A DNA stretch of 63,976 nucleotides, the filler included, from Reticulomyxa filosa (Eukaryota; Protista; Foraminifera), in NCBI GenBank assembly GCA_000512085.1. It is 20 parts of 20 records of this genome, joined end to end, with 100 filler letters (N's around TTAATTAATTAA, not from the genome) between each part and the next. Parts side by side here need not be neighbours in the genome. Positions count along the whole stretch, not along the records: positions 25,567 to 26,724 come from ASPP01009824.1; positions 26,825 to 36,504 come from ASPP01023693.1; 18 more parts are not named here. One strand, written 5' to 3'. Shown piece by piece: positions 25,648-36,604 of the stretch; position 1 is the stretch's first letter, and the number at the start of each line of letters is the position of its first letter. Made by a program: the position numbers and the translations under genes. The notes under the pieces were generated by a model that was not told the origin of the DNA, did not search any database, and saw only the letters and a program-made list of their open reading frames with translations.

Positions 25648-26520
25648 CATAGTTCTTCTGCTATTCAATCGACAGTGGGCGGATTGAAAGTGCAGACAAT
25701 TAGTAGTGAAGATGAAGGAGCGAGCAAATCAGATCCAGTGTTTGAGTTTAACAGCGAGCACTTAGTGCAGTTGGCAAACTACTTTGAAAATGAGATGACG
25801 GGACAGCTGAAAAAGAAACTGTGGGAAAAAGTGGACAAAGATGCGTCGTCGCTGATCGAAGCGAATGAGATGTCGCTGTTTTTGTATTACTCGTTTGTGA
25901 TCTTCATCAAAACGAAATTCCCGCAATCGCGCATTCCCAAGAAAGACAACGTTCCTTTTAATCGTCGCATGTTGACGCCTTTGAAGAAGTGGCTGTTGCA
26001 CTACAAGGTGAGCAAGCAAGGCTTATCATACGAGGAATTCGACAAGTATTTTTCCGCGTGGATTCGCGAGTATCACAGAGACGTTACATCTTCTGCAAAG
26101 TCCTTGTCTGTTCACACCACTGAAAAAACCGCAAGTCAAAATATGCAACGCGTCCCTCGTGAACAATGGCCCAAGCCATCGGTCGAATGGGAACGCAAAC
26201 TCGGTGATGTCGCTTTGACTTTGGCCAAAGCCGACGCTCGCACGAAATCCCGCTTGTGGGATAAAATTGATCCCACGTCTGCTGGTCGTATCGACACCAC
26301 CAAACCTTTAGCTTTGTTTCGATTGCTATATCTGCTCGTTTGCTATCACGCCAAACTCGAAGCGCGACATGCCAAAGTACCCAAAGTGGAAGACTTGCAA
26401 CCTTTGTTCGCCGAAGTCGTCTACAAAATCCGACGCAACTTGCCAAATGAACATCTTTTGTCCAAACAAGACTTCTTTCAACATTTTGCTCGTTCTTTGA
26501 AAGATGCTGCCAATGAATGA
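25648..26520 (+). CDS. Terminal exon of a protein with two tandem EF-hand-like modules
   Basis: The AG acceptor at 25646-25647 is in frame with the 281-aa ORF. Repeated motif LWEKVDKDASSLIEANEM / LWDKIDPTSAGRIDTT, each followed by a similar helix and LSYEEF / LSKQDF. Confidence 0.65.
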   Translation, partial: HSSSAIQSTVGGLKVQTISSEDEGASKSDPVFEFNSEHLVQLANYFENEMTGQLKKKLWEKVDKDASSLIEANEMSLFLYYSFVIFIKTKFPQSRIPKKDNVPFNRRMLTPLKKWLLHYKVSKQGLSYEEFDKYFSAWIREYHRDVTSSAKSLSVHTTEKTASQNMQRVPREQWPKPSVEWERKLGDVALTLAKADARTKSRLWDKIDPTSAGRIDTTKPLALFRLLYLLVCYHAKLEARHAKVPKVEDLQPLFAEVVYKIRRNLPNEHLLSKQDFFQHFARSLKDAANE

Positions 26521-27055
26521 GCCACTCCTATTTCATCCTTCCTTCTTTCCTTCCCTTCACTACTTACCCCTTTTACATCCTATGTATACGTATGTAATGT
26601 ATGTGGGGTGTGTGTGTGAAGGCGGGAAGCGGGAGGAAAGTATATGACTTGGCATTGTTGATGATCGGGCTTTGTTTTGTTTTTTTTTTTGCTTTTCTTT
26701 CACAAATCATTTTTAATTTATTTCNNNNNNNNNNNNNNNNNNNNNNNNNNNNNNNNNNNNNNNNNNNNTTAATTAATTAANNNNNNNNNNNNNNNNNNNN
26801 NNNNNNNNNNNNNNNNNNNNNNNNGTAGAAAAAGGGGGTTAAAAAACCTATATAAATTTGCTGACTAGACTTTTTTAAAAAAAGAGGGGGCATAAAATAC
26901 CTTCTCTTTTCTCTTCCCCTCCTCCTCCTCTCCCTGTTTTTTTTCTAAACTTTGTGTACATTTCGTGAAAGTTTTGGGTTGATGTTTGTGTCGTTTTTTT
27001 TTTTTTCCAAACCTCCCCTTTATCCCCCCCCCCCCCCCAAAAAAAAAAATGGTAA

Positions 27056-30000
27056 GGTATTGGGAGTACTACAGAAACGTGTGATGGAGAAAACAGAAGC
27101 GGTAGACTCGATGATAAATTATGCATACCAATTTTACAGCCACGACGAACTAAATAAACTGGCGGCATACTACGAAAACCCGACAATAATCCACATAATA
27201 GGCGGACGAGAGAACATAGTGGTCCAACAGAGCGACAAGACATTTATGTGGGGATATCTGAAAAAACTGAGTAACAATAGCGAAGAATTGAAAGAAATGC
27301 TCAACTTGTCAATTGTCAAACTGAGAGCCGTCACCGGCATTGTCTACATGTTACCCAAACTGGCCGAAATTTCATTGCTGGCCTTAATATTTATGTTTAC
27401 ACAATGGATTAATTATGTTACGTTTCTTTATGCATCAACACACATCATTCCAATTTTTTTTTTTTTTTTGATTGGTTGTCAATTTGTTCCAACATTAAAA
27501 AAAAAATGTACATTGAAATAACAGAATCGAGTGCCAGATGACGAATTCATTGACAAGGCCAATACAGTATTGGAAAAGTTCTATCTCTGGCCCATGCCCT
27601 ATGGCACATCGGCACGTGATTTGCTTGTGAGATTGAAGAAAGAGCGAATCGCTCCGGGATTGTCGATGCTACAAAGAATATGGCGTGAATCCCATATGCC
27701 AGAAATAGTTACCGAAGAAATGGGCTCTTTTCGGCCCCTCTACTACTTGTTGGATAGTCGTGACTCCAAAGCCTTAGTAATGGCCAATCTAATGTTCATC
27801 GAACCTACCATCAACTGGGGCGACGGCTACAAAATCCAAGCAAGCTTGTCGCCCCGTCTGTGTGCTATTTTATTGCTCAGTTCCTCTTCCTTTTTCTCGT
27901 CAAATATATATATATGCATTCATATATTGATTCTATTTATTTATTGGAGAGAAGAAAAAAAAGGGGGGGAGGGGGGAGAGGAGAAGAAAAAAAAAAATCT
28001 ATATGTGCATGTACACATAATAATCATAATAATATGAAAATGTGTATCTCTTAAAAAAAAAAAAAAAAAAATCAGACGTTGTCCATCACAGTACTGGCAT
28101 ATCACAAACGCTGGTGAAATGCATTCGTAAACTAAAAGACAATGAGGCTATGACATTTTACAAACAAGTGATGGACGCATTCTTGGAATCGACTAAATGT
28201 AACACCCCAGCCGAGGCCAAAGAGTCCCGCCGAAAGGCATTTGCAATTTTGGCTAATGAACTAATTGCTCGTGTCAAAGACAGAACAGAAGAAGTTACTC
28301 ATCAAACAAAACAAAATAAAAAAAATAAAAAAAAAAGTTAATCGCAAAAGATTGACCCACAAAATATATCTCTCAAAAAAAAAAAAAATAAAAAAAAAAA
28401 GAATGAGAAACTGCAAGACATACCAGAAGATTTTCGCCCTCAATTGCCTGTGTATAATCACACGGGCCTGATATGTGATTTGGTACAAGAAGAATGGCCC
28501 AAAAAAGGTCAAATTGCTTGTGGTGATGCTGTTTATCCTTTTAATGAAGTACTGGTGAAAATGCGGAACATTTTGCTTCAGTACTCGGAACTTTCATTGG
28601 AAAAAGACCCGATTACCTTGAGATTCGCCATTGCCGGCAGTGATCGCATCTTAAACTCCGTTTGCTGGGCTTATGCTGCTTTGTCTCGCCATTACTCAGC
28701 CTTAATATCTCAATTCAATTTGGAATTTTTTGTTATACCTTTCTCGAAAAATCATTACACGGAATGGCTTGCCAGAATGGATCCTTGGTACAAGTTAAGT
28801 TTCAATCCAAAAAGAGTTTTTGTTTGTTTTACATCGAAGCGCAATGACAACAACGACAATATATGTGTATAATTTGCACATGCACAAACAGCCGTCATAT
28901 TTATATCCCCTTTCAATCTCCGCTCTTTTTATGCCCATCTATTCATCCAACTACTCGTCCAAAGAAAGAACCTACCGGAAAAATAGTTGGGTGGCAGACA
29001 GAGGGAACAGAAAAGATTGGGTGTGATTGTTGTGTCTTTTATATAAACAAAGGCAACCAATCACGATTATACACTAATGATAGTTGTTTGTTTGTTTTGA
29101 AATATTGGTAAGACATGCGTGGGCCAATTCTATCGTGATATGTGCGCGTCGTATGTCGAAGAGTCACAACATTCCACAAAGCTGATGATTTGGGAGGTCC
29201 ATTGCTGGAACGAAGAGACATTTACAAATACACCGGACCATATCATCCCCTTTTGCCAACGAGTGACATTGGGACGACAGGCCGAAATAGAAGGGCAAAA
29301 CCAAAACGATCACGATGATAGTGACAGTGATGGACCAGATGAAGAGCAAACCGAAGAAAAAAAAGAGGCAGCTGTGCCAGATGCGTTCTCTGATGAATTC
29401 AAAAAAACTGAGACAATTGGGGATGATCTGTCTGGCGAAAATACCGACGGAACACTTACTTACAAAGCCGTTCCAATTACTGTCACGGTATGATTCGATG
29501 CAAAATAGATTCACACATCAATATATTATATATACGCACAAAAACAATGACAGAACAATTTGTACTGAAATAATTTTGTTTGGTTGACTTTTGTTCATGA
29601 CAGTGGGAGTCAATGGATATGATGGGCCATTTGGCCGAAAAGATAACCCAAAAAGCGCAGCGCTTTGAAGAATTACGAATCGCTGTTTGTCCTATGTTCG
29701 GTGACAAAGGGTTCCCGCCGAGTCCAGGTGAAGAAGGCGTTGCACAAATGCATGCCACCATGGCGAATTCCAAAAAAAAACTAGAAAAGGACTCGAGATT
29801 GTTAGCTTCGGAACCTTCACAAGCTGTACGAGCTGTTACCTTGTCGTCTGACAAAGTTATATTATCTATATTAAATATACACGTATATACATATATATTT
29901 TTTAAATTTTATTTTGCTACACAACAAACGTGAGAATCCTTTTTGTTTGCTTGCTTTTTCTCATATTAATAATCTCAACAACAAATAAATAAAATAAAGC

Positions 30001-30143
30001 CTCAAAATCGATTTTCTATTTTGGTTGATGGGCGCTTCCATGGCTCGTTTGTGCGTATTCGTGTCACGCCAATGTTGGATTTGTTCACAAAGAAACAAGT
30101 TTATATTCCAATTAAAACGTTTTTCCCAGTTGCGTCCAACTGA
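27056..30143 (+). CDS. PI3K-gamma regulatory subunit p101/p87 (PIK3R5/PIK3R6)-like protein, multi-exon, probably 5' partial
   Basis: The spliced product contains VPDDEFIDKANTVLEKFYLWPMPYGTSARDLLVRLKKERIAPGLS, NILLQYSEL..TLRFAIAGSDRI, FNLEFFVIP..LARMDPWYNR, DMCASY..PFCQRVTLG, KAVPITVT and FSILVDG..SFVRIRVTP..IPIKTFF*. These are colinear with the conserved blocks of p101 as recalled. Introns checked: 27417-27524, 28794-28891, 29856-29999. Stop at 30141-30143. Confidence 0.75.
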
Positions 30144-30643
30144 TTATATCTCATTTGTTCGCCGAAAGAGCCATTTTGATTGATTTGTTTTTGTCACTTT
30201 TTGAAGTGTCGATCTTTTGTTGTTCATTGCTGTATAATAGTGAAAGCGACCTTTTTTTTTGCAAAATTATCTTATGATGTCTGGAGACATTAATGTTGTT
30301 TTTGTTACAAATTGAGAAGAGAACCGGTTTTTGCTTCAAATCTATACTATATTCAAGTGAAATTGTATCGTTTGTCAAATAAATCTTTGCTCTTTTGTAA
30401 AATTATTCAAACACGTGTTTTGTATAAGCGAAAAATTTATTGCTTGAAAAACTCCGGTTGGAATTGTTGAGGGGAAAGCTGTGCAAAAAAAGTAAATTCA
30501 TTCGTCTACAGTTCTGCTAGAGTTATTATATTCATCCAAAAAAAAGTAAAATTTGTTTGGTTGTTAATATTGCGATGATATGTTAATTTTATGAATTTTT
30601 GCTTGTGCGTTTGAAACAACAATATCGTGTGATTTAAAGCTGC

Positions 30644-32213
30644 CTAATGTTTGGCTTGCTTCAAATTGGACATAATTCGTTCGATTTTTAGTTCCAATTC
30701 TTTCTTACGATCATCAGAAGGTGGGTGTGTAAGCATAAACGTTGGAAGATTGATTTCTTTATTTTCGATATTAGCTAGTTTCTCCATTGTGCGTACCAAC
30801 GCAGATGGGTCATATCCTGCACACAACATCAAATAAATGGCAACTTCATCGGCTTCCAATTCCATTTTCCGTTGCATCGGCAATTGTCCACCATACAAAA
30901 CCATTTTTCCCAAAATGGAATCGAGTCCACCAGACAAATCAATTCCAAGCGCAAACATGATAGCGAAGACTAAAAATTGCCAACCCAGCGAGCGCTGCCA
31001 CCCTTCTACAACATGGCGACAAATTACATGTGCAATTTCATGACACAATACAGCTGCGCAGTCTTCATCTTTTTCCACGAGTTTGTCTATCAATCCTTTA
31101 TGAAGGAGGGAGGACAGAAATAAGAAAAATGAATTTCTTTTTACAATTAAAAAAAAAAAATATATATATATATGTACATGTATATGTATATAATAAACAT
31201 ACATATATCGTTTTTTTAGTTTGAGAAGCAAACCTGTAGATAAGACAATTTTGCCACCAGGCGTGCTAAAACCAAGCACATTTTCTAAGTCATTGACGAT
31301 GTAACATTCCCAATCAAAGTGTTGACAGTGGCGTAATTTTTCAACAGAAGGGGAGATTTGCTTGATCAATGTTTGTCTGCTTTCTTGGGCATTGGCAGGA
31401 GGAGCATACTTTAGTGATGTGGAATAGACGAGTTTTTTCTGTCTTTGGTCGAGGAATTTGCTGTTGACCAGATTGTTGGATTGCAGTAAATGGACAAATA
31501 AATTGTCTACGTACAAGTATCGTTCATCTTCTTCACTATTCAAAATTTTCGGGCCTCCCAAAAGTTCGGTTGGTTTTGGAAGGTTACGAGATTTAGTTAG
31601 CAAATTTTTCCACTTTTTTTTTTGCTTGTTTTGTTTTGATCTTGATCTTTGTCTTTGTCTTTGACTGTTTCTTCTGGTTGATCTTTTTTTGTTTGATCTT
31701 CACTCTTGTCCTCTTTTTTTTTGGTGTGATCACATTTATGCCATACGTCTGGATTAATGAAAGCGTGATGGCATACGAGGCTATATTCTTATCCAATGAC
31801 CATGGCAAAAACAACATCCTCTTTCGGTGAGTGTACATCACTGAAAAATCTCCAAAACGTATGATTGCGTATGTTGGCAATAACACCACTAAAGACAGAA
31901 GAAATATTAATACACGCTCGATCCATATTGTGTTTTTGAATGAATGTTTTGGGGCTGTCCGATAAATGCGATGCGAAGGGTCCGGACTCCCTACTATATA
32001 ATATTCGGATCGCTTTGCTGGATCTTTTTGAGACGAACAGTAATTACGCTGCCATCTATTGTAACTCAGTGCATATCTTGATGAATTCCATACAAACGGT
32101 ATTGATCCAAATTTTCTCATTACACAGAAACCTTTTTGGACCTCCCTTTTCGAGAAATTGACGGGATTAGCACATATCATCACCATTTGATGTGAAAGAC
32201 CTCGACGAAACAT
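30644..32213 (-). CDS. OMA1: OMA1-like mitochondrial M48 zinc metallopeptidase
   Basis: FDWECYIVND..GFSTPGGKIVLSTGLL, AAVLCHEIAHVICRH (HExxH), RKMELEADEVA..AGYDP, FMLTHPPSDDR. Basic N-terminus resembles a mitochondrial presequence. One intron (~31210-31098) and probable homopolymer frameshifts at ~31615-31720. Confidence 0.85.
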
Positions 32214-33427
32214 CTTCCTCCCGTAAAAATCGAGCAGCGAAAATTATTTCTTTTTAGTTGTTATGACAGTTGAAATTTTTAAAAATTATATGCAAAGGTT
32301 TTCGACATCACTAAAATAAGTGTTAACTTCTACCTTGCACACCACTACCAAGGAATGAAAAAAGAAGTTAATCATATGTTTTATTGTCTATCTCATTTTA
32401 ACAGCATATATATTACAATTGTTTTGATTTATTGTTACACATCGCATCAACCAATTATTGCTGCTTTTCACGAAATTGCTAGACAAAAATGATCAAAAAA
32501 GAATAAACAAAATAATTAATTTTTAATCTTCCAATAACAACATCTCCAGTTCAATATATTTTTATAATTCTTTGGGGTTCAAGAGACACCCCGAAAGATG
32601 TGAACTATGTACGTAATTTCGGAATATTGAATGACCAAAAACGTTTGAAATAAAATTTAAAAATGTACAAGTTTTATGAACTTTGAAAATATGTACGTTC
32701 TTCAAACTATTGTGTTCGTAAACGCTGGTTTTACAAAAAGGAGACACGTTAGTGATTTTTTTATTTTGTCGTCTTTGTTTTGAAAAAAATAAGTCAAAAA
32801 ACTGTCAAAACGACAAAGCTTATTACAATACAAAAAGTGCACTCATAGTGTCCCTTTGTTTAAAAACTTAACTTTCTTTTGTGCCAACAAATATGTCTTT
32901 TTGATTTTTGTTAGTTTGTTTTAAATGCACTTTGAACTTTATGTTTTGTAAAAAAGTAAATTTAAAATGTACATTATTACTTTTTTTAATGATTAACTAA
33001 ATTTATATCTGAAATTTGATGAATCAACACATTATGACACAGCACAAATCAAATTCTTTTATGTTTTTTTATCTGTTGACACACTTAAAAAAAAGATTAA
33101 CACTCATCGAGAAATAATTGCTGTTTTCTTGAATATTCTTTGTTGTATTATAAATTACAATAACAAATCTCCAACCTTGAGTTAAAAAGGTTACAGCGAT
33201 GAATTAACAAAGTACTGTATTTTTTGAAGACGTTCTCCTTATAATATAACTTTTTCAAGTTTACTGTTTTTCATCTTTAAAATGGAAAATATTGACAAAA
33301 CACTGATAGTGTCCTTAACGACTACACTGGAGAGTGGCCCCTCCTGAAGTAGTTGGTTCGTTGCAAACTTTTTTTTGGAGATAATAGCTCTCGGTACCAG
33401 GCTTTTTTTGCATATTTCAACACAAAT

Positions 33428-35232
33428 ATGGCAGCAAAACCCGGTTTAGGGGGAAGACCGAAGCCCAAGCCGGCTATGACAAGAATTGTGAGCAAAAAAC
33501 GTTTTTTTTTCTCGGCTAAAAAAAAGTTCAACCAATAATAAAAAAAAACACATCATAGAAAACTGTGTGGATAACTGAAGCAACAAAACCCTTTGAGGAA
33601 GGTAAGTTCTGTAACTGATCTATACGATGTGCGTGTGTACGTACATAAAAAAAGGGGAGGAGAAGACAGAAAAGAAAAGTAGAGATGAGTAAGAACGATA
33701 TGTGTTATGAATGTTTGTTCCAGACTTTACAATCGGACGACAGCTTGGTGAACCAGGACAATTTGGAAAAGCATTCCGTGTAAAAAAAAAATCGGATGGG
33801 AAACAATTTGCAGCAAAGCAGATATCAAAATCCCGGTTTTACCGCTTGGACAAGGATCCAAAGCGACGTCAGGCATTGTTGGCAGCGATGCAAGGAGAAA
33901 TTGACATAATGAAACGGTTGAATCATAAATACATAGTAAATTTGGACAGTGTCTATGAAGACAAGCAAATGCTGTGGATAGTGATGGAAGAGTGCAGAGG
34001 AGGAGAACTCTTTGACAGAATAACTGCACGAAAAAGGTACAATGAGCCAGATGCGGCACGAGTGTTACGCATGATATTAGACGCGTTATTCTATATGCAC
34101 GATCATCACAGAGTAGTGCATTGTGATTTGAAGCCGGATAACATTTTGTTTGTCGATGAAACGGAAGAAAGTGCAATTAAAATTATTGACTTTGGTATGA
34201 GCAAAGTGTTGCCACGTTTGCGATCTTTGCGAGAGTTGTGCGGTACACCGTATTACACAGCACCGGAGATCATTGATGGCAACTATGCCCACGAAGCTGA
34301 TATGTGGTCCGTTGGTGTGATTGCTTTTGTCATGCTGTTCGGCTATCCCCCTTTTTATGTCAACCCAAATCAATACTATGGCAAAGCTGAAGCGGATGCG
34401 ATTTATGATCTGATCCAGAAAGGATTTAGCCCCGTTGTCAAAAAGGGATATGGACCATTTTTTCCAAAGAAATTTCCGACTTCGGACGAAGCCAAAGATT
34501 TTATGGCTCGTTTAATTGAGACAGATCGTGCCAAGCGAATGACCGCAAAAGAGGCCTTGTTACATCCTTGGATCAAATGCAATGGCTTGACGGAGTGGTA
34601 CAAAAAAAAAAACTGGTGAAAAAATTGAAGACACCAAAGAAAACGAGGAAGTGGTCAGCCGTGAGGTCTTTACAGAAATAGCCAAATTTACCAACAATTG
34701 CAACTTCAAAATTGCGGTAATTCAACTCTTTCGCTCACAATTTGAACAAATGCGACCTGCCCACTTTCAAAGTTTAAAAGATATGTTCAAAAAATTGGAC
34801 AAAGATGGCAACGGTACAATATCATATGAAGAGTTTGAAGAGGGTATGCTCCAAATGAAAGATTTGAAAATCAGCAAGCAGCGAATCAAGGAAATGTTTG
34901 GAGAATTGGACGTGGGTGCCACGGGTGAAATACGTTTTGATGAATTGCTGAATGCTGCTGTTCATGATTATTTGGTGTCAAGTGACGAGAGATTATACCA
35001 AGCTTTCCGAGAGTTGGATGACGATGATGATGGAATTATCTTGGTTGAACAATTGAAGACCAAACTCAAAGAGACTGACCCTTATGGACAATATTCAGAA
35101 ATGCTCAAGACGATAGACGATGCCGACTTGGATAAAGATGGAAAAGTCAACTATGAAGAATTTTTGCGCGCTTTGCACCCAGATTTTAATGAACAGCCGG
35201 CATGGTTTTGGGAAGATAAAAAAAAAGTGTAG
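33428..35232 (+). CDS. Calcium-dependent protein kinase (CDPK): kinase domain plus 4 EF-hands
   Basis: Kinase motifs FAAKQI, HCDLKPDN, DFG, CGTPYYTAPE, DMWSVGV. EF-hands DKDGNGTISYEEF, DVGATGEIRFDEL, DDDDDGIILVEQL, DLDKDGKVNYEEF. Two short 5' exons (MAAKPGLGGR.., KTVWITEATKPFEE). Removing one A from the A11 run at 34602-34612 fuses ORFs 33711-34619 and 34651-35232. Confidence 0.92.
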
Positions 35233-36604
35233 CAAAAGTGGTCTGTTGCCCCCACTTTTTTGTCTATATTAAAAAGCTCCTTTTTTTGTTGTGAAATTTT
35301 TTGTCGAGTTGATCAGCCAAAACCTGTCACCACCTATCATCAGACTAATGTTTATTTTGTTTTGCCGACTTTTTTTTCGCTTGTATGCCAATTGTGGTTG
35401 AAAAGTCAATGCCTATAATCAACAACGCATCATCATACATATTCATGCAAACCATTTTTTATCACAATATTATTCCACTTTCAAATATATTGCTACTGAG
35501 CAAATGCAATCTATTCTGGAATGTCTTGTAAATAAGTATAATTATATTAATTTCATTTTTACTTTTTCCTTGTTACCTTTCGTTTGTCGCTACTGAAAAT
35601 AAATTTTGTAAAAAAAGATTACTAAATATTATAACAAAAATTACACTTCATATTAATCATCTTGTGCGTTAGTAATCTTGTTCTTCATGCTTTCGTACGT
35701 AAAACACATCGTATGAATGACCGCCAATTCTAAGTAATATTCTCCGCAACTAATGAGATAAAAAAATTTTATGATTAAAAAAATGAAATTGAAAGTTTGC
35801 CAAAAAGGAAAATACTTGAACATTGTTCGCCATCATTGTTTAAGCTTTGTTAGCGAGACAAAACGGCTTTTTGCCTTGTATTCCTGTTTTTTTGTGACAT
35901 TGTACTTATTTTTGCTTAATTTCGTTTCTTTTAAGTGTATTAATGATTTTTAGCTAGTCTTTTCTAACTACATTCAATATTTTTCAATTAATCTTAAAAT
36001 TATTTTCATTATTATCACTATTATCATTATTATCAATTTTTCAAATAATTCTTTTGATTTTTTTAAAACATAGAAAAAACAAAAATAATAAAATTTAAAT
36101 ATTTTGATTCCTTCAAAAGGAGGGCCGTAGAGGAAATATTCTCAATAGTATTAATTTGGTGTATCTTCCGACAAAACTTATTTGTGAATGATCCATATAG
36201 TTTCATAATAAAATCAGTTTTAAAAAACTAATGTTATACATTAAGTTCATAATGTAACTAATATGACAACATTCTTAATTAGAAAAAAAATTTTTCTTAA
36301 TGTTATGGTGAACAACTGACAAATTATAAAAAAAATATAACATAAATAAAAAGTTCTTTACACAAACTTCTTTTGTTAATTTTTTTTAAAAATTTACTTT
36401 TAAATTAAGTAGTGTGCGAACAATGTTCAATTATTTTCCTTTTGTTGTGATATTACTGTTGATATACGGTAAGATAAAAAAGAAAGTTGACACATAAAAT
36501 GCCANNNNNNNNNNNNNNNNNNNNNNNNNNNNNNNNNNNNNNNNNNNNTTAATTAATTAANNNNNNNNNNNNNNNNNNNNNNNNNNNNNNNNNNNNNNNN
36601 NNNN

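Noticed and set aside
34602-34619. Programmed ribosomal frameshift between the CDPK kinase and EF-hand halves
   Set aside because: A one-base excess in an A11 run explains it, and similar homopolymer shifts occur throughout, including in the bacterial contig.
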